A stretch of DNA of 63,966 nt, filler included, from Octopus bimaculoides (lineage: Eukaryota), in NCBI RefSeq assembly GCF_001194135.2. It is 7 parts of 7 records of this genome, joined end to end, with 100 filler letters (N's around TTAATTAATTAA, not from the genome) between each part and the next. Parts side by side here need not be neighbours in the genome. Positions count along the whole stretch, not along the records: positions 10,085 to 37,143 come from NC_068983.1; 6 more parts are not named here. The stretch is one strand, 5' to 3'. The notes below the pieces were generated by a model. The model saw nothing but the letters and a program-made list of their open reading frames with translations, was not told the origin of the DNA and made no database searches. Positions 13,024 to 27,022 of the stretch are shown in pieces (the stretch's first letter is position 1; every line of letters begins with the position of its first letter). The position numbers and the translations under genes are program-made.

Positions 13024-14074
13024 CCAGAATTGGTAATGCACTATAAAATATACGCAAAATATACCGTGTGATATTTAATTATATCCCTTTACAATGCTTC
13101 TCACTGTTCCGAGGTCGATAAATAAATTTCAGTCTTATAAGAAGGTTGATACGATTCGCCTGACCTCTCCCTAATAATTCTTTCTAAATTTGGCACAAAG
13201 CCAACAATTCTGAGGGCAAGGAAGGTTTCAAATACAAACTAGATACGTTTCAATGACAACGTACGTTGATCTTTCTTCTCTTTCTAGATAATATGATCCT
13301 GGAACTTAAATATACATCCTCCATAAGGATACCGAGTCTAGACACAAGGCCGCATATTTTGGGAGTTTTGCTCAGTAAAGGGAATTGACCCCGGCACTTG
13401 ACTGGCATTTATGAGCGCAGGTATGGCTCTAAGGTTAAAAAGTATATGGTTTTAGTCTCAATCATACTACACAGCCTCGGATTGACTAAAGCATTGTAAA
13501 TGAAACTTTGTTGACAGAAATTGGAAGGCCGTCGGCGGATCTATTCTTGTTCATTACATTTCACTCGGTTCAGCACCACGCCTTTATCATAGGTGCCTTT
13601 AGCGGAATCCACTCTGTTGCAAGCATTTTAGTCAGGTTTCTGATCCGAGGATAAATTCAGTCTGTCAATCCCAGATGCCTTGAAAAGCTGATGGGCTCTA
13701 TTTTTTCTGCTCAACAAGAAATAAAACAAAACCATGAAAGGCGAGGCTAACCCAAACAGGATTTAAACTCACAATGTTCCGGTATGGTACATAACTAGTG
13801 CTCATCGATTCTATCATTCATTGCCCTTGATTTCTAACATTGGGGCAGAGAAAACATTAACATCGAAGGCATATTGCCGAATGAATGGAGTAAAGTCCGG
13901 AATCCAAATTTGTTAGTGACAGTTTGCATCAACAATGATTATTCCATATCGATTCCACATGATGTTCAACTGCAATGAGGAGCGTTGAATCTTGCGTCTA
14001 ATCGAAAGGCAGAAGCTCATAGCATTATTTTATTGACCTGGATATTTTAAAGCATTCGTCGGGCAGGTTTTTAT

Positions 14075-14558
14075 TCTTTTCTACTCTAGGCACAAGGCCC
14101 GAAATTTTTGGGGAGGGGGCCAGTCGATAACATCGACCCCAGTACGCAACTGGTACTTAATTTATCGACCCCGAAAGGATAAAAGGCAAAGTCGACCTCG
14201 GCGGTATTTGAATTCAGAACATAAAGACAAACGAAATACCACTAAGCATTTCGCCCGGTGTACTAACGTTTCTGTCAACTCGTAGGGCAGGTTTGTCCAT
14301 AGCATGAGCACCCGTATGCACAAGTCTGGGTAAGATTTATTTTGTAGGTAATAATTTTTTCAAGCATAGGCAAAATGACTGAAATTTGGAGGAAAGGATA
14401 CTCGTTTACATCGACTCCATTGCGCAATTGGTTGCAATATTTTATCGACCCCGAATGAGAGGCAAAATCGAACTTGGTGAAATTTGAACTCAGAATGTTA
14501 AGCCAGAGGAAATACCGCAAAGCATTTTGTCCGATTTGCTAACGATCCTGCCAGCTCC
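14075..14558 (-). mobile_element. Two adjacent SINE family A copies
   Basis: Copies at about 14075-14283 and 14345-14558 with the family core. Confidence 0.85.
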
Positions 14559-14584
14559 TAAACATGTATTTTTGTGAATGTGTA

Positions 14585-14931
14585 TATGTATTTAATGAGT
14601 GCGTGTGTGTGTGTTTACACGAGTGTAAAGAAGAGAGGAGAAAGGAAAGTGTCGTGTGCATATGTGTGTGCTGGAGAAAGACTTAGAGAAAGATAGAAAG
14701 AGAAGTGAAGAGGTGGAACGCATATGAGTGGCTAGGAGGGAGACTGTGTGTGTATATGAGTACGTGGCCATTTTTTCTCCTCGTATGTATCTGTTTGGAT
14801 GAGTGTGTTTATGTGTGTGTGTGTGTTTGTGAGTGGGTCTGTGTGTGTGTCTGTGTGTCTGTGCATTCAAGCAGGCACGTGTCCTTGAGAGTGAGAGAAA
14901 GACGAGAGGACTGTTGTGTACGTAATTGTGT

Positions 14932-14985
<54 letters not shown>

Positions 14986-15035
14986 GTGTGTGAGTGTGTG
15001 AGTGTGTACGTGCGTGCGTGCATGTGTGCGTGTGA
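14585..15035. repeat. (GT)n/(GA)n microsatellite cluster
   Basis: Direct reading. Confidence 0.9.
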
Positions 15036-16319
15036 CTATTATAAAGTTGATGGACAAGGAGAAATGGATGACTTGTGGGGAAGGGAGTACAGCACTGGAG
15101 CAGCATGAAAGTATTCAGCAAGAATTTGGTAGCGATAGCTTGTTGGTGAAGTGATAGTTGTTGGAGACATGGTATTAAGAGGCGACGGGAGAAATAAGTG
15201 GGAGGCGTAAGAGACAGAGGCGATCATAGGCAAAAGGTGGAATGTATGATCGTTAGATGGTTATATGTGAGACACCAGAAATAAAGAGAGAGAGAAAGAA
15301 GGAGAGGGAATGAGAGAGAGAGAGAGGGGGGGAAGCAGAGACAGAGGAGTGAATATAAAGTGGAAGTGCTAAAGAGAAAAACCAATCCACTATTCTGCTT
15401 TTTTGCACAAAGAAAATGATTAAGCAACGAAGTTTCTGCGAGTGGAAGACTGGAAGACAACTAAACTGCGTCTGTTCATGAAGACCGAGAGAAAGATGGA
15501 GAGAAAGAGGGAGAAAGACGTTATACCCCTCTCTTTATTCCACTCTTTTCTCCTCCATCTCTCTTCTATCCTCCTCGTTGTTCTCTTCTTATCTCTGTCT
15601 GACCTACCACCAGAGTTAAGTTTGGAGTAGCTGTACAGATAAGACTTTGAAGTTTCTGGCAACCATTAACAAATGAAGTCAAGAGTGAAGAGAAGAGAGA
15701 CAAAGAGTGGCAGAAAATGTGGTTTTATTAAGAGCAATTAAATAACGATGGCGGCGGGAAGTGCTGTCGAGTTAGCGGAGGATTAACGGTAAAGAACGCT
15801 TGATAGTTTGCCGATAACTTGTTCGAAAACTTAGAATTCTTTCGCTTAAATATCGCTTAAACTCAACTTATAATTTTAGAGGTTAAAAATATTTTATTAA
15901 TGAATCATGAAGACGTAAGAGGGTGTGGTGGTGTTCAATATGGATTTCTGTTTTCCTAAGTATGTAAGAGACAAATCTCACATCGGAACAAGAGGCAAAT
16001 CTATCATAATTAATTTTCCTGAAGATGTCTTTAAGCATTGTTTTAGCACCAGCTCAGCCCTCATTCAACAGACCTATGTCCACACGACCATTACGAAGCT
16101 GAATGTCTTAGAAAATGGATAAAATATACCTGACCAGCTCGAACGGAAAATGTATCGAAGTCACTGACTGTTTGTATTGGAGAGCTGCAATTTTTTTTGT
16201 TTTTCTTTTGGTGGGTAGTGCTATTGCAGATTGGTGTAGTTCTTGTTTTGCAGTTTGTTGCAAGAATTTGAGTTGATCTCTGGATAGGGGATAACTTCGT
16301 TAAAATAGCTTAAGATTGG

Positions 16320-16700
16320 TACAGGTGTGGCTGGATGGTAAGAAGCTTGCATTCCTGCGCCATGGTGGTTCTGGGTTCAGTCCCACTGTGTGGCACCTTC
16401 GGCAAGCGTCTTCTACTATTGCTTCGTGACTAGATTTGGTAGAAAGAAACTGAAAGAAGCCCGCCGTGTGTATATATATATAAATGTGTGAATGTCCCTC
16501 CACAACCGCTTGACAATCAATGTTGCTGTGTTTACATCCCCGTAATTTAGCGGTTCGGCCAAAGCGACCGATAGAATAAGTACTAGGCTTTAAAAATATA
16601 AGCCCAAGGGTTGATTTGTTCGATTAAAACCTTTCAAGGCGGTGCCCCAGTATGGCCGTAGTCTAATTATTGAAACAAGTAAAAGATATCAGATAAAAGA
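16320..16700 (+). mobile_element. tRNA-derived CORE-type SINE (family B)
   Basis: B-box GGTTCAGTCCC, CORE-like GTGGCACCTTCGGCAAG, internal TA/TG tract, tail ..GAAACAAGTAAAAGATA. Confidence 0.88.
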
Positions 16701-17049
16701 TGCCCAGAAAAATAACCTTTAAAGGTGTTAGTGTCTATAAAGGTGAAAAATCACAGTTGGATTCCAGAGGGTTAGAGTTGCTAGGAAGAAGACGTAGGGG
16801 CAGTGTTTAGTGCGGTGTTTGGGTTGTGAGACGCAATAGAAATGGCGGAAAGACAAAGGTGATTTAGACGAATGTGTTTGGTGGGAGATGAATATATATA
16901 GTAGCTGGCTTACATGAACATATGCCATTTAGTAGTGATAGAAGTGGCATAGAGAAGAAACATTATATCTGAGTGTGTAAGCGGTGGAAGAAGTGATAAA
17001 AAGAAAGTCTAGGAATTTTAAGATCGTTATGTGTAGGAAAAAATTAAAT

Positions 17050-17266
17050 AGTGGTTTCAAATTATGGCACAAGGCCAGCAATTTTGGAAGAGGAGGTAAG
17101 TCGATTACACCGAGCCCAATTCTCAAACGGCACTTATTTTACGACCCCGAAAGGATGAAAGATGCAATCAACCTCAGCGGAATTTGAACTCAGAAGGTAA
17201 AGATGGAAGCAATGCCGCTAAGCATTTTCTCCGGCGCGGTAACGATTCTGCCATCTCACTGCCTTG
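17050..17266 (-). mobile_element. SINE family A copy
   Basis: Family tail, core and head. Confidence 0.85.
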
Positions 17267-17690
17267 GCAAAAATGAAATATCAAATATGTATATTCTGCA
17301 CGCCTTTCTCTTTAGTCTTTGATTTCAATTTCAAACTTCCAAACCAAGCTCGACTAGAAGAGATTGTCCCACCTATGCTGGCTGACGCAGGGGGTACACC
17401 AAGTGTTTAAGCAATGATGTTGTTACACCCGAAGAAATGAACTTTAGAAAAATAAACATGAAACAAAATCAAGCAATATCAAACTGCGATAACATCAAGC
17501 GGAACAAGTGAGAAAAATCCTGTTACAAACATAATAGAGACATAATAGAGAGTAATGGAGGCTGGTAGATCTCCCAAAAAGAAAAAAATCTACCTTAGAA
17601 ACGGTACAGGTTGTAAATCGTAGTATGCTTCCAGTAGAGATTTGGTATAATCACGAACGTGTGCTGAGAAAATATACTTGATATATATTT

Positions 17691-17727
<37 letters not shown>

Positions 17728-18300
17728 CTTACTGCATGGAATCTGGATATATGAAAAAGAAGTCGGTTTTGGAACTAAGCAGGATTTGATCTCAGAAAGC
17801 ACAGAGAGAGATGAATAGTTCGACACTTTACCATTTCGGTTACCTCACCGCCTTTGATTAAACGAAATAGTGGCTTAGCCACAAAGCCAGCTGTTTTGAA
17901 GGGAGGGATTAGTCGATACTATCGACTCNNNNNNNNNNNNNNNNNNNNNNNNNNNNNNNNNNNNNNNNNNNNNNNNNNNNNNNNNNNNNNNNNNNNNNNN
18001 NNNNNNNNNNNNNNNNNNNNNNNNNNNNNNNNNNNNNNNNNNNNNNNNNNNNNNNNNNNNNNNNNNNNNNNNNNNNNNNNNNNNNNNNNNNNNNNNNNNN
18101 NNNNNNNNNNNNNNNNNNNNNNNNNNNNNNNNNNNNNNNNNNNNNNNNNNNNNNNNNNNNNNNNNNNNNNNNNNNNNNNNNNNNNNNNNNNNNNNNNNNN
18201 NNNNNNNNNNNNNNNNNNNNNNNNNNNNNNNNNNNNNNNNNNNNNNNNNNNNNNNNNNNNNNNNNNNNNNNNNNNNNNNNNNNNNNNNNNNNNNNNNNNN

Positions 18301-19160
18301 TCAGCTCACCACCTTAATTAAATGTAATAAGTCTATTAGAAGAACAAGGCCTGAAATTTGGTGCGAAGGTGTAAGTCGAAGTCGGTTACATCGATCGCGA
18401 AAGGATGAAAGGCAAAGTCGACCTCGGCGAAATTTGAATTCAGAACCTGACGAAATGCAGTTAAACATTTTGTCCGGCGTGCTAACGATTCTGCCAGCTC
18501 ACTACCTTAATTAAATGTAATAATCCTTTCTACTAAAGGCAGCAGGCCTGAAGAGGAGGACAATTAGTCGATTAAATCGACCCCAGTGTTTCACTGGTAC
18601 TTAATTTATCGACCCCGAAAAGATGAAAGTCAAAGTCGGCCACGGCGGAATTTGAACTCAGAACGTAAAGATTGACGAAATGCCGCTAAGCATTTTGCCC
18701 GGCGTGCTAACGATTCTGCCAGCCTGCCACCTTTAATTAAATGTAATAATGGTTTCAAATTTTGGCACAAGGCCAGGAATTTGGAGGGAAGGGTTCTAGT
18801 CGATTAAATCGACCCCAGTGTTTCACTGGTACTTAATTTATCGACTCCCGAAAGGATGAAAGGCAAAATCGACCTCGGCAGAATTTCAATCCAGAACGTG
18901 CAGACAGACGAAATGCCGCAAAGCATTTTGCCCGGCTTGCTAACGATTCTGCCGCCTTTAATTAAATGTAATAATCCTTTCTACTATAGGCACAAGGCTT
19001 GACATTTGGGCGGGGAGCGAGGGGACAAGTCGATTATATTAACCCCAGTGTTCTATTGGCACTTAATTTATCGACTCCTAAAGGATGAAAGGCAAAGTCG
19101 ACTCCGCAGCATTTGAACTCAGAACATGAAGTCAGGCGAAATGCACTTAAATGTAATAAT
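18301..19160 (-). mobile_element. Stack of at least 4 SINE family A copies separated by TTAATTAAATGTAATAAT
   Basis: Spacer at 18314, 18507, 18733, 18958 and (partial) 19147. Confidence 0.92.
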
Positions 19161-21086
19161 GCCACCATTATTTCAATGAAATGTCAGAATCCATAATCAG
19201 CATCCAGTTGCAGTGAAAATAGAAGCTTGTTAACGACGTATTTGATAAAATGTATTTATGCATTAACACTATCTTATTATATTTGCAATGTTTACGATTT
19301 GATATGAGAAAGACTGCATAAGAAACAGTTGCGTATTGGTACGAAAAGAACAACAAAAAACACTTTCGTAACTCGGTCTCTCTCTTTCTCTTTCTCTTCG
19401 TCTCATTCACCTCTTCCTCATTCACCTATTTTCCTCCAGCTACGTCAGGAATATGGTGGAAGAGATGGCTTTAAAGTGTTCTCTATCAAGATTAAGAGCG
19501 GTAGCAACAGGATACAAGACGTTTGGGGTCAAATAACATAGATAGTCACCAGATTTGCTTCAGTTGAAATGCCGATGTCATCAATTGATTGTCGGTAAAC
19601 AAACAGAAGCGAGTTTCAGACGAAATCTCAGTTATCAAGGCAATATAACAAGACAGTCAATCCTAGAAGCGGGCATGGTTTTGTTTTGTTTGTTGTTCAG
19701 TTAAATTGGTAAATTAGCTATCATGAAACCACAGTAGCATAATCAAAGTAATGTAGTCTTCTAAACTGCGTGTTAAGTCTCGTGTCTCGTGACACTGCCG
19801 ACATAAATCAGCTGACAGCACTAAGGACTGGTTTGTCCAAAATACAACATCTAACCAGATACACGAGAGATAATATTGTCTACATAGCAAAGATTCTATC
19901 AGATGTAATACTGTTAGTAGTAGTAGTAGGAGGAGGAGGAGCACCACCACCACCACCAGTAGTAGTAGTAGTAGTAGTAGTAATAACAACAACACTAGCA
20001 ATGATGTATCTGTGAGTGCATGCTAGTAATAAGGAAATCGACGTTGACGGTAATAATTGGACGGCTACTTGTAGCGTTCAATTTCAACTGAAGTCATCTG
20101 ATTTATTTTCATCTAATTGACAAAATATCCACCAGCAATATGCACCGTTTATTCTCATACAAATTATTTGCTTAACAATAAAAGATTTTTATTTTGTTGC
20201 TTTACGTTGAGACGGCGTGACGTTCATGCCTTTCTTGTACAACATGAGTAGAATTCCGAAACTTAGTCATGTACTCAACTCCTACAATATTTGCTTCTAC
20301 TCGATCAGGTATACCGCAGTCTTCCAGTATACTTAGGAAGACTTGGGGATTGACAACCTTGCTTTCTTTCTCTCTTTCTCTCACTTTCACATTGTCTCTT
20401 ACTTTCCCTTTCTCTCACGCTCTTACGTTAGCTACTGCTCTACCTTCCTTAAATTCTCCCTGTCTTTCTCTCTTTCTCTCTCTCTAATATGCTGTTGAAC
20501 AGTCTTTACTTGTATTCCCTCTAATGTAACAGCTCTGCTTCACCAGCTTTATCTAATATCGACTCAAAAGGACTTGCCGTACATTTCTGCTTCCTACCAT
20601 CGATATTGTGTAGCCTATTTGAAATACATATCCCTTCAGCACAAAACAATATGCGTTATCATTCATCCTTAATATCAAAACCTTTTTCTTCTTCAGATTT
20701 TCCTCCTTTTGTTTGACTATTTCCCTTTCCTATTAACACTTTGATACATACAACTTTACCAAATTAACCTCACCTTACATTATCATTCGTTCAACTTAGA
20801 AGAGTTTTCTGGGCCTGTCTCTACCCTCTCTTTTTTGGTCAACAGATTCAAATGAAATAGTCTTCAATATCGATCGACTTTCCGCGAGTATTAAAGAAGC
20901 TTTTCGCCCGCCCTTTTAATTAGATTCTTTCACTCTTTGTGATATCATTTGAACTCTAGAACTTGTGAATATAGGTGTCTGATTTTGAATCGAAAATATA
21001 ATCTACCTGATCACAAATACACTCCCACCGATAGTAAAAGCAGACCTACATTTTTGTACTTGTATGTATATATGTGCCTATAAGAG

Positions 21087-21184
<98 letters not shown>

Positions 21185-21481
21185 GAGAAAGAGAGAGAGA
21201 GAATGAGAGAGCGAGAGAGAGAGAGAAATTCCGGAGACTCTTTATTCACTGCGAACGTTTCGACTAATCATGCATCGGTATCTCGCAGGTAACATGCTGT
21301 ACAAACAATTGAGGTGCATCATAGGTGCAGATGTGTCTCCTTGGGTGACTTGTCAAAAAGTAACTCGTTTTATATTCGCCGTTTCGCTTATTTGTATAAC
21401 AATCCATTTTAGTAGTTGTGGCGTGCTGCGCGTCTGAAGAAGGAACGTATATACAATGAAAAACAAATATATATATATATA

Positions 21482-23012
21482 CTAGCAGTATAGCCCGGCG
21501 CTGCTCGGGATTAAGCTAGGATTATTAAGTGATCAAGTGCTTTATTTCAAACCAAAATAAGTAACATGGACATCAGATTTGAACGAAATCCGTTGAAATT
21601 AGTTTGGCTGAAAATGGTTTGCTGGCAATTTAATTGGGAAATCCCATAAGGAATCAGTTTATTGGTTATTTCCACTCATTGACTGTGTTTTTTAAAGTTG
21701 CATTAGAGATCTGCATAGGAAAAGGTTGATCTGAAGGTTTGCATTGGGGATGTGAATTGGAGTAACTTAGGAAAACTTACCAACAGCCTTAACAAAAAAA
21801 TAAGGGGCCTATCCCTTCTAGGTTAACTCTAACCCTAACCCTAAACCCGAACCCTAACCCTGACCCTNNNNNNNNNNNNNNNNNNNNNNNNNNNNNNNNN
21901 NNNNNNNNNNNNNNNNNNNNNNNNNNNNNNNNNNNNNNNNNNNNNNNNNNNNNNNNNNNNNNNNNNNNNNNNNNNNNNNNNNNNNNNNNNNNNNNNNNNN
22001 NNNNNNNNNNNNNNNNNNNNNNNNNNNNNNNNNNNNNNNNNNNNNNNNNNNNNNNNNNNNNNNNNNNNNNNNNNNNNNNNNNNNNNNNNNNNNNNNNNNN
22101 NNNNNNNNNNNNNNNNNNNNNNNNNNNNNNNNNNNNNNNNNNNNNNNNNNNNNNNNNNNNNNNNNNNNNNNNNNNNNNNNNNNNNNNNNNNNNNNNNNNN
22201 NNNNNNNNNNNNNNNNNNNNNNNNNNNNNNNNNNNNNNNNNNNNNNNNNNNNNNNNNNNNNNNNNNNNNNNNNNNNNNNNNNNNNNNNNNNNNNNNNNNN
22301 NNNNNNNNNNNNNNNNNNNNNNNNNNNNNNNNNNNNNNNNNNNNNNNNNNNNNNNNNNNNNNNNNNNNNNNNNNNNNNNNNNNNNNNNNNNNNNNNNNNN
22401 NNNNNNNNNNNNNNNNNNNNNNNNNNNNNNNNNNNNNNNNNNNNNNNNNNNNNNNNNNNNNNNNNNNNNNNNNNNNNNNNNNNNNNNNNNNNNNNNNNNN
22501 NNNNNNNNNNNNNNNNNNNNNNNNNNNNNNNNNNNNNNNNNNNNNNNNNNNNNNNNNNNNNNNNNNNNNNNNNNNNNNNNNNNNNNNNNNNNNNNNNNNN
22601 NNNNNNNNNNNNNNNNNNNNNNNNNNNNNNNNNNNNNNNNNNNNNNNNNNNNNNNNNNNNNNNNNNNNNNNNNNNNNNNNNNNNNNNNNNNNNNNNNNNN
22701 NNNNNNNNNNNNNNNNNNNNNNNNNNNNNNNNNNNNNNNNNNNNNNNNNNNNNNNNNNNNNNNNNNTTCTTCACGCGCGTACGCACAGATTTGACTTCAC
22801 CATGTCAACAAACTTCAAAATTCGTAAAAGTTTATCGATTTTTACAGCTATACGCGGGTGCCTCTGAGAGAAAAAAATGGCCAAAATGCACATAAGGTCA
22901 TTCCGAATCTCCTCCTAAAATTGGAGCGACATGCGTGCTAATTTGTGGACGTGCATAAACAACATTCACGTACACACACACGCAAACATCCTCTGTTTTA
23001 TAGATATAGAGA
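21482..23012 (-). mobile_element. Non-autonomous Helitron (gap inside)
   Basis: On the minus strand: 5' A|TCTCTATATCTATAAAA at 23012; 3' hairpin CCCGAGCAGCGCCGGG then CTAG|T at 21482; AT target site. Internal CCCTAA-like repeats at 21825-21867. Confidence 0.8.
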
Positions 23013-23027
23013 TATTCATATGCACTT

Positions 23028-23180
23028 TTTTTTCTTTTACTTGTTTCAGTCATTTGACTGTGGCCATACTGAGCACCGCCTTTAGTCGAGCAAATCGACC
23101 CCAGGACTTATTCTTTGTAAGCCTAGTACTNNNNNNNNNNTGGTAAGGAAGCTACTTACCACACAGCCACTCCTGCGCCT
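23028..23180 (-). mobile_element. SINE family B tail and head pieces around a 10-N gap
   Basis: Near-identical to 31950-32050 and 32320-32346. Confidence 0.85.
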
Positions 23181-24347
23181 ATGCTTGTTTATGTATATGT
23201 GTAAATTTGTAGCCATACGATTAAGAAGTTCTCTTGGCAAACATGTAATTCAGGATGATACATTTTTTATATACTCTCAGCTGGACCAACGTCTTCTGAG
23301 TGAAATTGAGTAGACGGAAACTGTATGGAAGCATAACAGATAACCTGTACTTGGTTTTGTGTGGCAGACTCAAACCGTTGCCCGGGTTAACACCACGTGC
23401 CCTTTAAGTATCTTCGGATACTAAGGTAGATAATACACCTCAAAATAGAAACCTAAAGTAGGATGAGAGAGAGGGAAAGAGTAGAAAAGTAGAATGAGGG
23501 AGGGTGAGAGAGTGACAAAAAAAGAGAGAGTAGAGATGGACAGAGATGAAACGCCGTCACTTGGACCGCTTTCGCCAGGATGTGAAAAAATATTGCGAGT
23601 GAGAGGTGGGAACAGTCTAAACAACAAAACTTGCTTTACTGTCTGGGACCTTGACGAATACTTTTCGACCCAGGGATAATGAAAGGTAAATTCAGCTTCG
23701 GTGAAATTTCCACACGGAATGTAATTAGCCGTAAGTTAATAGAAGAAATTTGTCCAACACTACGTCTTACTGCCAAATCTATCGTCTGAACCAAGGCAAT
23801 GTAGTCAAAACAATTAACAATGAACAACAACTCAATCCATCTTATCTTCCAGATAAGGAAGATAATCACCCATGGCTTTACAGGCTCTTCGTGACTGGTA
23901 GATCGAGGTAGATGGTGTCCAATTTGAACATCTCTAGATTCTAGAGATTGACTTATTCAGGTTGAACGTCAACAGGAAGATTTCCCAGTAAATTGTTCTG
24001 GTAAGAAATGATTAGGCAAAATGTTTAGTCGCGGTTTGTGCCTGGCCTGGGACACAAAAGAGATAACGGACAGAAAGGGAGATGAATGTGAGAAAGGTGT
24101 AGAGTATTTGATTGATATTTTTTAACGAATCTGAAAGGATAAAAGACAAACTTGATCTCGACGCGATTTGAACTCAGAACATTTAAAGTTATGAATCAAA
24201 TACCGGAAGGTATTTTTGCGATGATCTAACGGTACATACAATACAGCAACACCCCGCAAAAAGCAAAAATGCTTATTGCTATCATTGTAGAAAATCTGAA
24301 ATTTTGTAGAGGGAGTTATTCGATTGTATTGACTAGAGTACTTGACT

Positions 24348-24598
24348 GACGGCGAGCTGGCAAAAATGTTGGAGTTTCAGATAAAATGCTTAACGGCATC
24401 TCTCCCGTTTCTTTACGTTCTGAGTTCAAATCCCACCGAGGTCGACTTTGGCATTCATCCTTTCGGGGTCGATAAAATAAGTACCTGTCAAGCACTGGAA
24501 TCTATAAAATAAGTACCTGTAAAGCACTGGGGGTCGATGTAATTGACTGACCCCTCCCGTAAAATTTCTGGCCGTGTGCCAAAATTTGAAGCAATCAT
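24348..24598 (+). mobile_element. SINE family A copy with internal ~30-bp duplication
   Basis: AAAATAAGTACCTGT.AAGCACTGG occurs twice within 24475-24530. Confidence 0.85.
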
Positions 24599-25256
24599 TT
24601 TATCGGCCCTTCGAATTCGGATGAATGAAAGGCAAATTTGACCTCGACGGAAATTGAACTCGTAATTATTGTTTCTGGTGTAAGCACAAGGGATTATATC
24701 TATGTGGAAGGGAACAATCAATTAAATAGGCCCCTTTATTTGACTGGTGGTACTATATTTTATCAACCTCAGAGAGACGAAGGTTAAAACTGAACTTGGA
24801 CTATAAAGACCCGGAGCAAAACTGATACAAGGATTTTCTCCAGTGCACTACCGATTCGGCCAGTTCACCTCAAAAACCACTACGAATGAAATGAAACCAC
24901 CGAATATTGCTTGTAGTATTGTATTTTGACATTATCATTTGACCATAGTGTATTGTATCAATGTGGTTAACACATCTCTTTGACAACTCTATTTTCTCTG
25001 GTCTCTTTTTTTTTCTCTCTCTCTCTCTCTTTGCCCCACTAAATACACCCAACAACAAAATCAAAAACAAAATGGGGAGGTAACCAAGCATGTCAGATGG
25101 TAATAAGGTGCCACTTGTTTCAGTGATAACCAAAATAATACCACTACATGAACACCGAACATTTTCCACCCTATCTGATGTCAAAAGTCATTTTATTTTA
25201 CAATTACTTTATCTTATTTATCTTCTCATTTATAGTTGTTCTTGTTGTTGTTGTTG

Positions 25257-25311
<55 letters not shown>

Positions 25312-25412
25312 CTTTCTTTTATTTTCCTTTTCTATTTCATTCTTCATCTTCGTCTTTAACAAGTTGGTCGAGCTTCCGAGAACAATGAAGTATCTATTTT
25401 TTATTATCGGAC

Positions 25413-25513
<101 letters not shown>

Positions 25514-26308
25514 ATGTATGTGTGTGTGTGCCGTAGGAAGATATGCCTTTATGTATGTATGAATGTAATAATGTGTGTGAAAGAGAAGGGAGAAAGAGAG
25601 AAAGGGAGAAAGAGAGAAAGGGAGAAAGAAAGAGTCGGAGAGCATTAATAAAAGCTTCAGTGAACAATGGGTTGTGCTACGTCAAATTAAGATGCAGATA
25701 GCAGCACCACAGCTATCATCAAGCGCCATCAAGTGACAGGCATTTTTTATGTTGTTATTTTTCCTTTTTTATTTTTTTTTTTTACAGAATACAAATAATG
25801 AGGAGAAAAAAATAAAAGAAAATAAAAAAAGTCTTTTTGTGACATAGTTGAATAACTATATTGTATATTGTAAGAATATTGAAAATATATCGTTGTTTCT
25901 GCAACTGTTTTTGTTTCTGTTATTATTTATATTAAGAAAGCAGTCACTGACAGAAATATGATTATATCCCTCCTTCCATAATAAAATGACAGCCAAGTAT
26001 AAAAGTGGGGATGGCGATCTAATGGACTGTTCCTATACACATTCACCACATTAGTAGCCTTATGTCCAAGTTGAATATTATTTTTATGAGGACCGGGTAT
26101 TGATAAAATTTATAGAGTAACGGAAAAAGGTGTCTTGCAATATTTAATGACAAATCTACGTCTTCTGATTTCGAAACTCAACAGAGTCAGTTATGTTCTT
26201 CAACCTACCGGGATTCGATTAAATAAAGTTCCAAACATGTACTGCTATCGATTCCAATCAACTGAATATTTCCACGAAATTTGGTGATTTATGCAAATGT
26301 TAGAAATC

Positions 26309-27022
26309 ATTATTACGGAAGACGGTAAGGCGGCGAGATGGCAGAATCGTTAGCAAGCCGGACAAAATACTTAGCGGCATTTCGTCCGTTTACATGTTCT
26401 GAGCTCAAATTTCGCCGAGGTCGAGTTTGCCTTTCATCTTTTCATGGTCGATAAAATAAGTATCAGTTGAACACTGTGATTCATGCAATCGACTTACCCC
26501 TTCTCCAAAATTGCCGGCCTTGTGCCAAAATTTGAAACCATTGTTACGAAAGGCAGTAAGGCAACGAGAGGGCAGAATCGTTAGCAAGCCGGATAAAATG
26601 CTTAGCGACATTTCATCCGTCTTTATGTTCTGAGTTCAAATTCCACCGAGGTCGATTTTGCCTTGCATCCTTTCGGAGTTGGTAAAATAAGTACCAACTG
26701 AACCTGGGGTTAATGTAAACAACCAGTTCCCTCCACCCAGATTCCAGGCTTTGTGCCTATTCTAGAAAGGATTATTACGAAAAACTGTTAGGTGACGAGT
26801 TGGCGGAATCGTTACCGCGTCGGACAAATGCTTAGCAGCATTTCTTCCGGCTCTTAACCTTCTCAGTTCAAACACGGCCAAGGTCAAATTTGCCTTACAT
26901 CTTTTCTGAGTCGATGAAATACAGTACCAGTTGAGCACTGGCGCCCTTGTAATCGATTTACCTACTCCGCCATAATTGCTGGCCTCGTAACAAAATTTGA
27001 AATTATTATTATGAAAGACGAT
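26309..27022 (+). mobile_element. Stack of 3 SINE family A copies separated by ATTATTACGAAAGACGGT-like spacers
   Basis: Spacer variants at 26309, 26540, 26771 and 27005; period about 231-234 bp. Confidence 0.9.

Noticed and set aside
17594-17826. Apparent two-exon structure with a 69-nt intron (..IQIPC/THVRDYTKSLLEAYYDLQPVPFL)
   Set aside because: The upstream 'exon' and its GTAAGT donor are a degenerate SINE family A core (..TAAGTACC).
18301-19160. CRISPR-like array
   Set aside because: Eukaryotic DNA; the long units are homologous SINEs and no cas genes are present.
20202-20390. RT-like words (ILEDCGIP on minus, SGIPQSS on plus)
   Set aside because: Isolated, contradictory strands, and no neighbouring RT motifs.
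21825-21867. Telomere or chromosome end
   Set aside because: Degenerate CCCTAA variants lying inside a Helitron with both ends intact.
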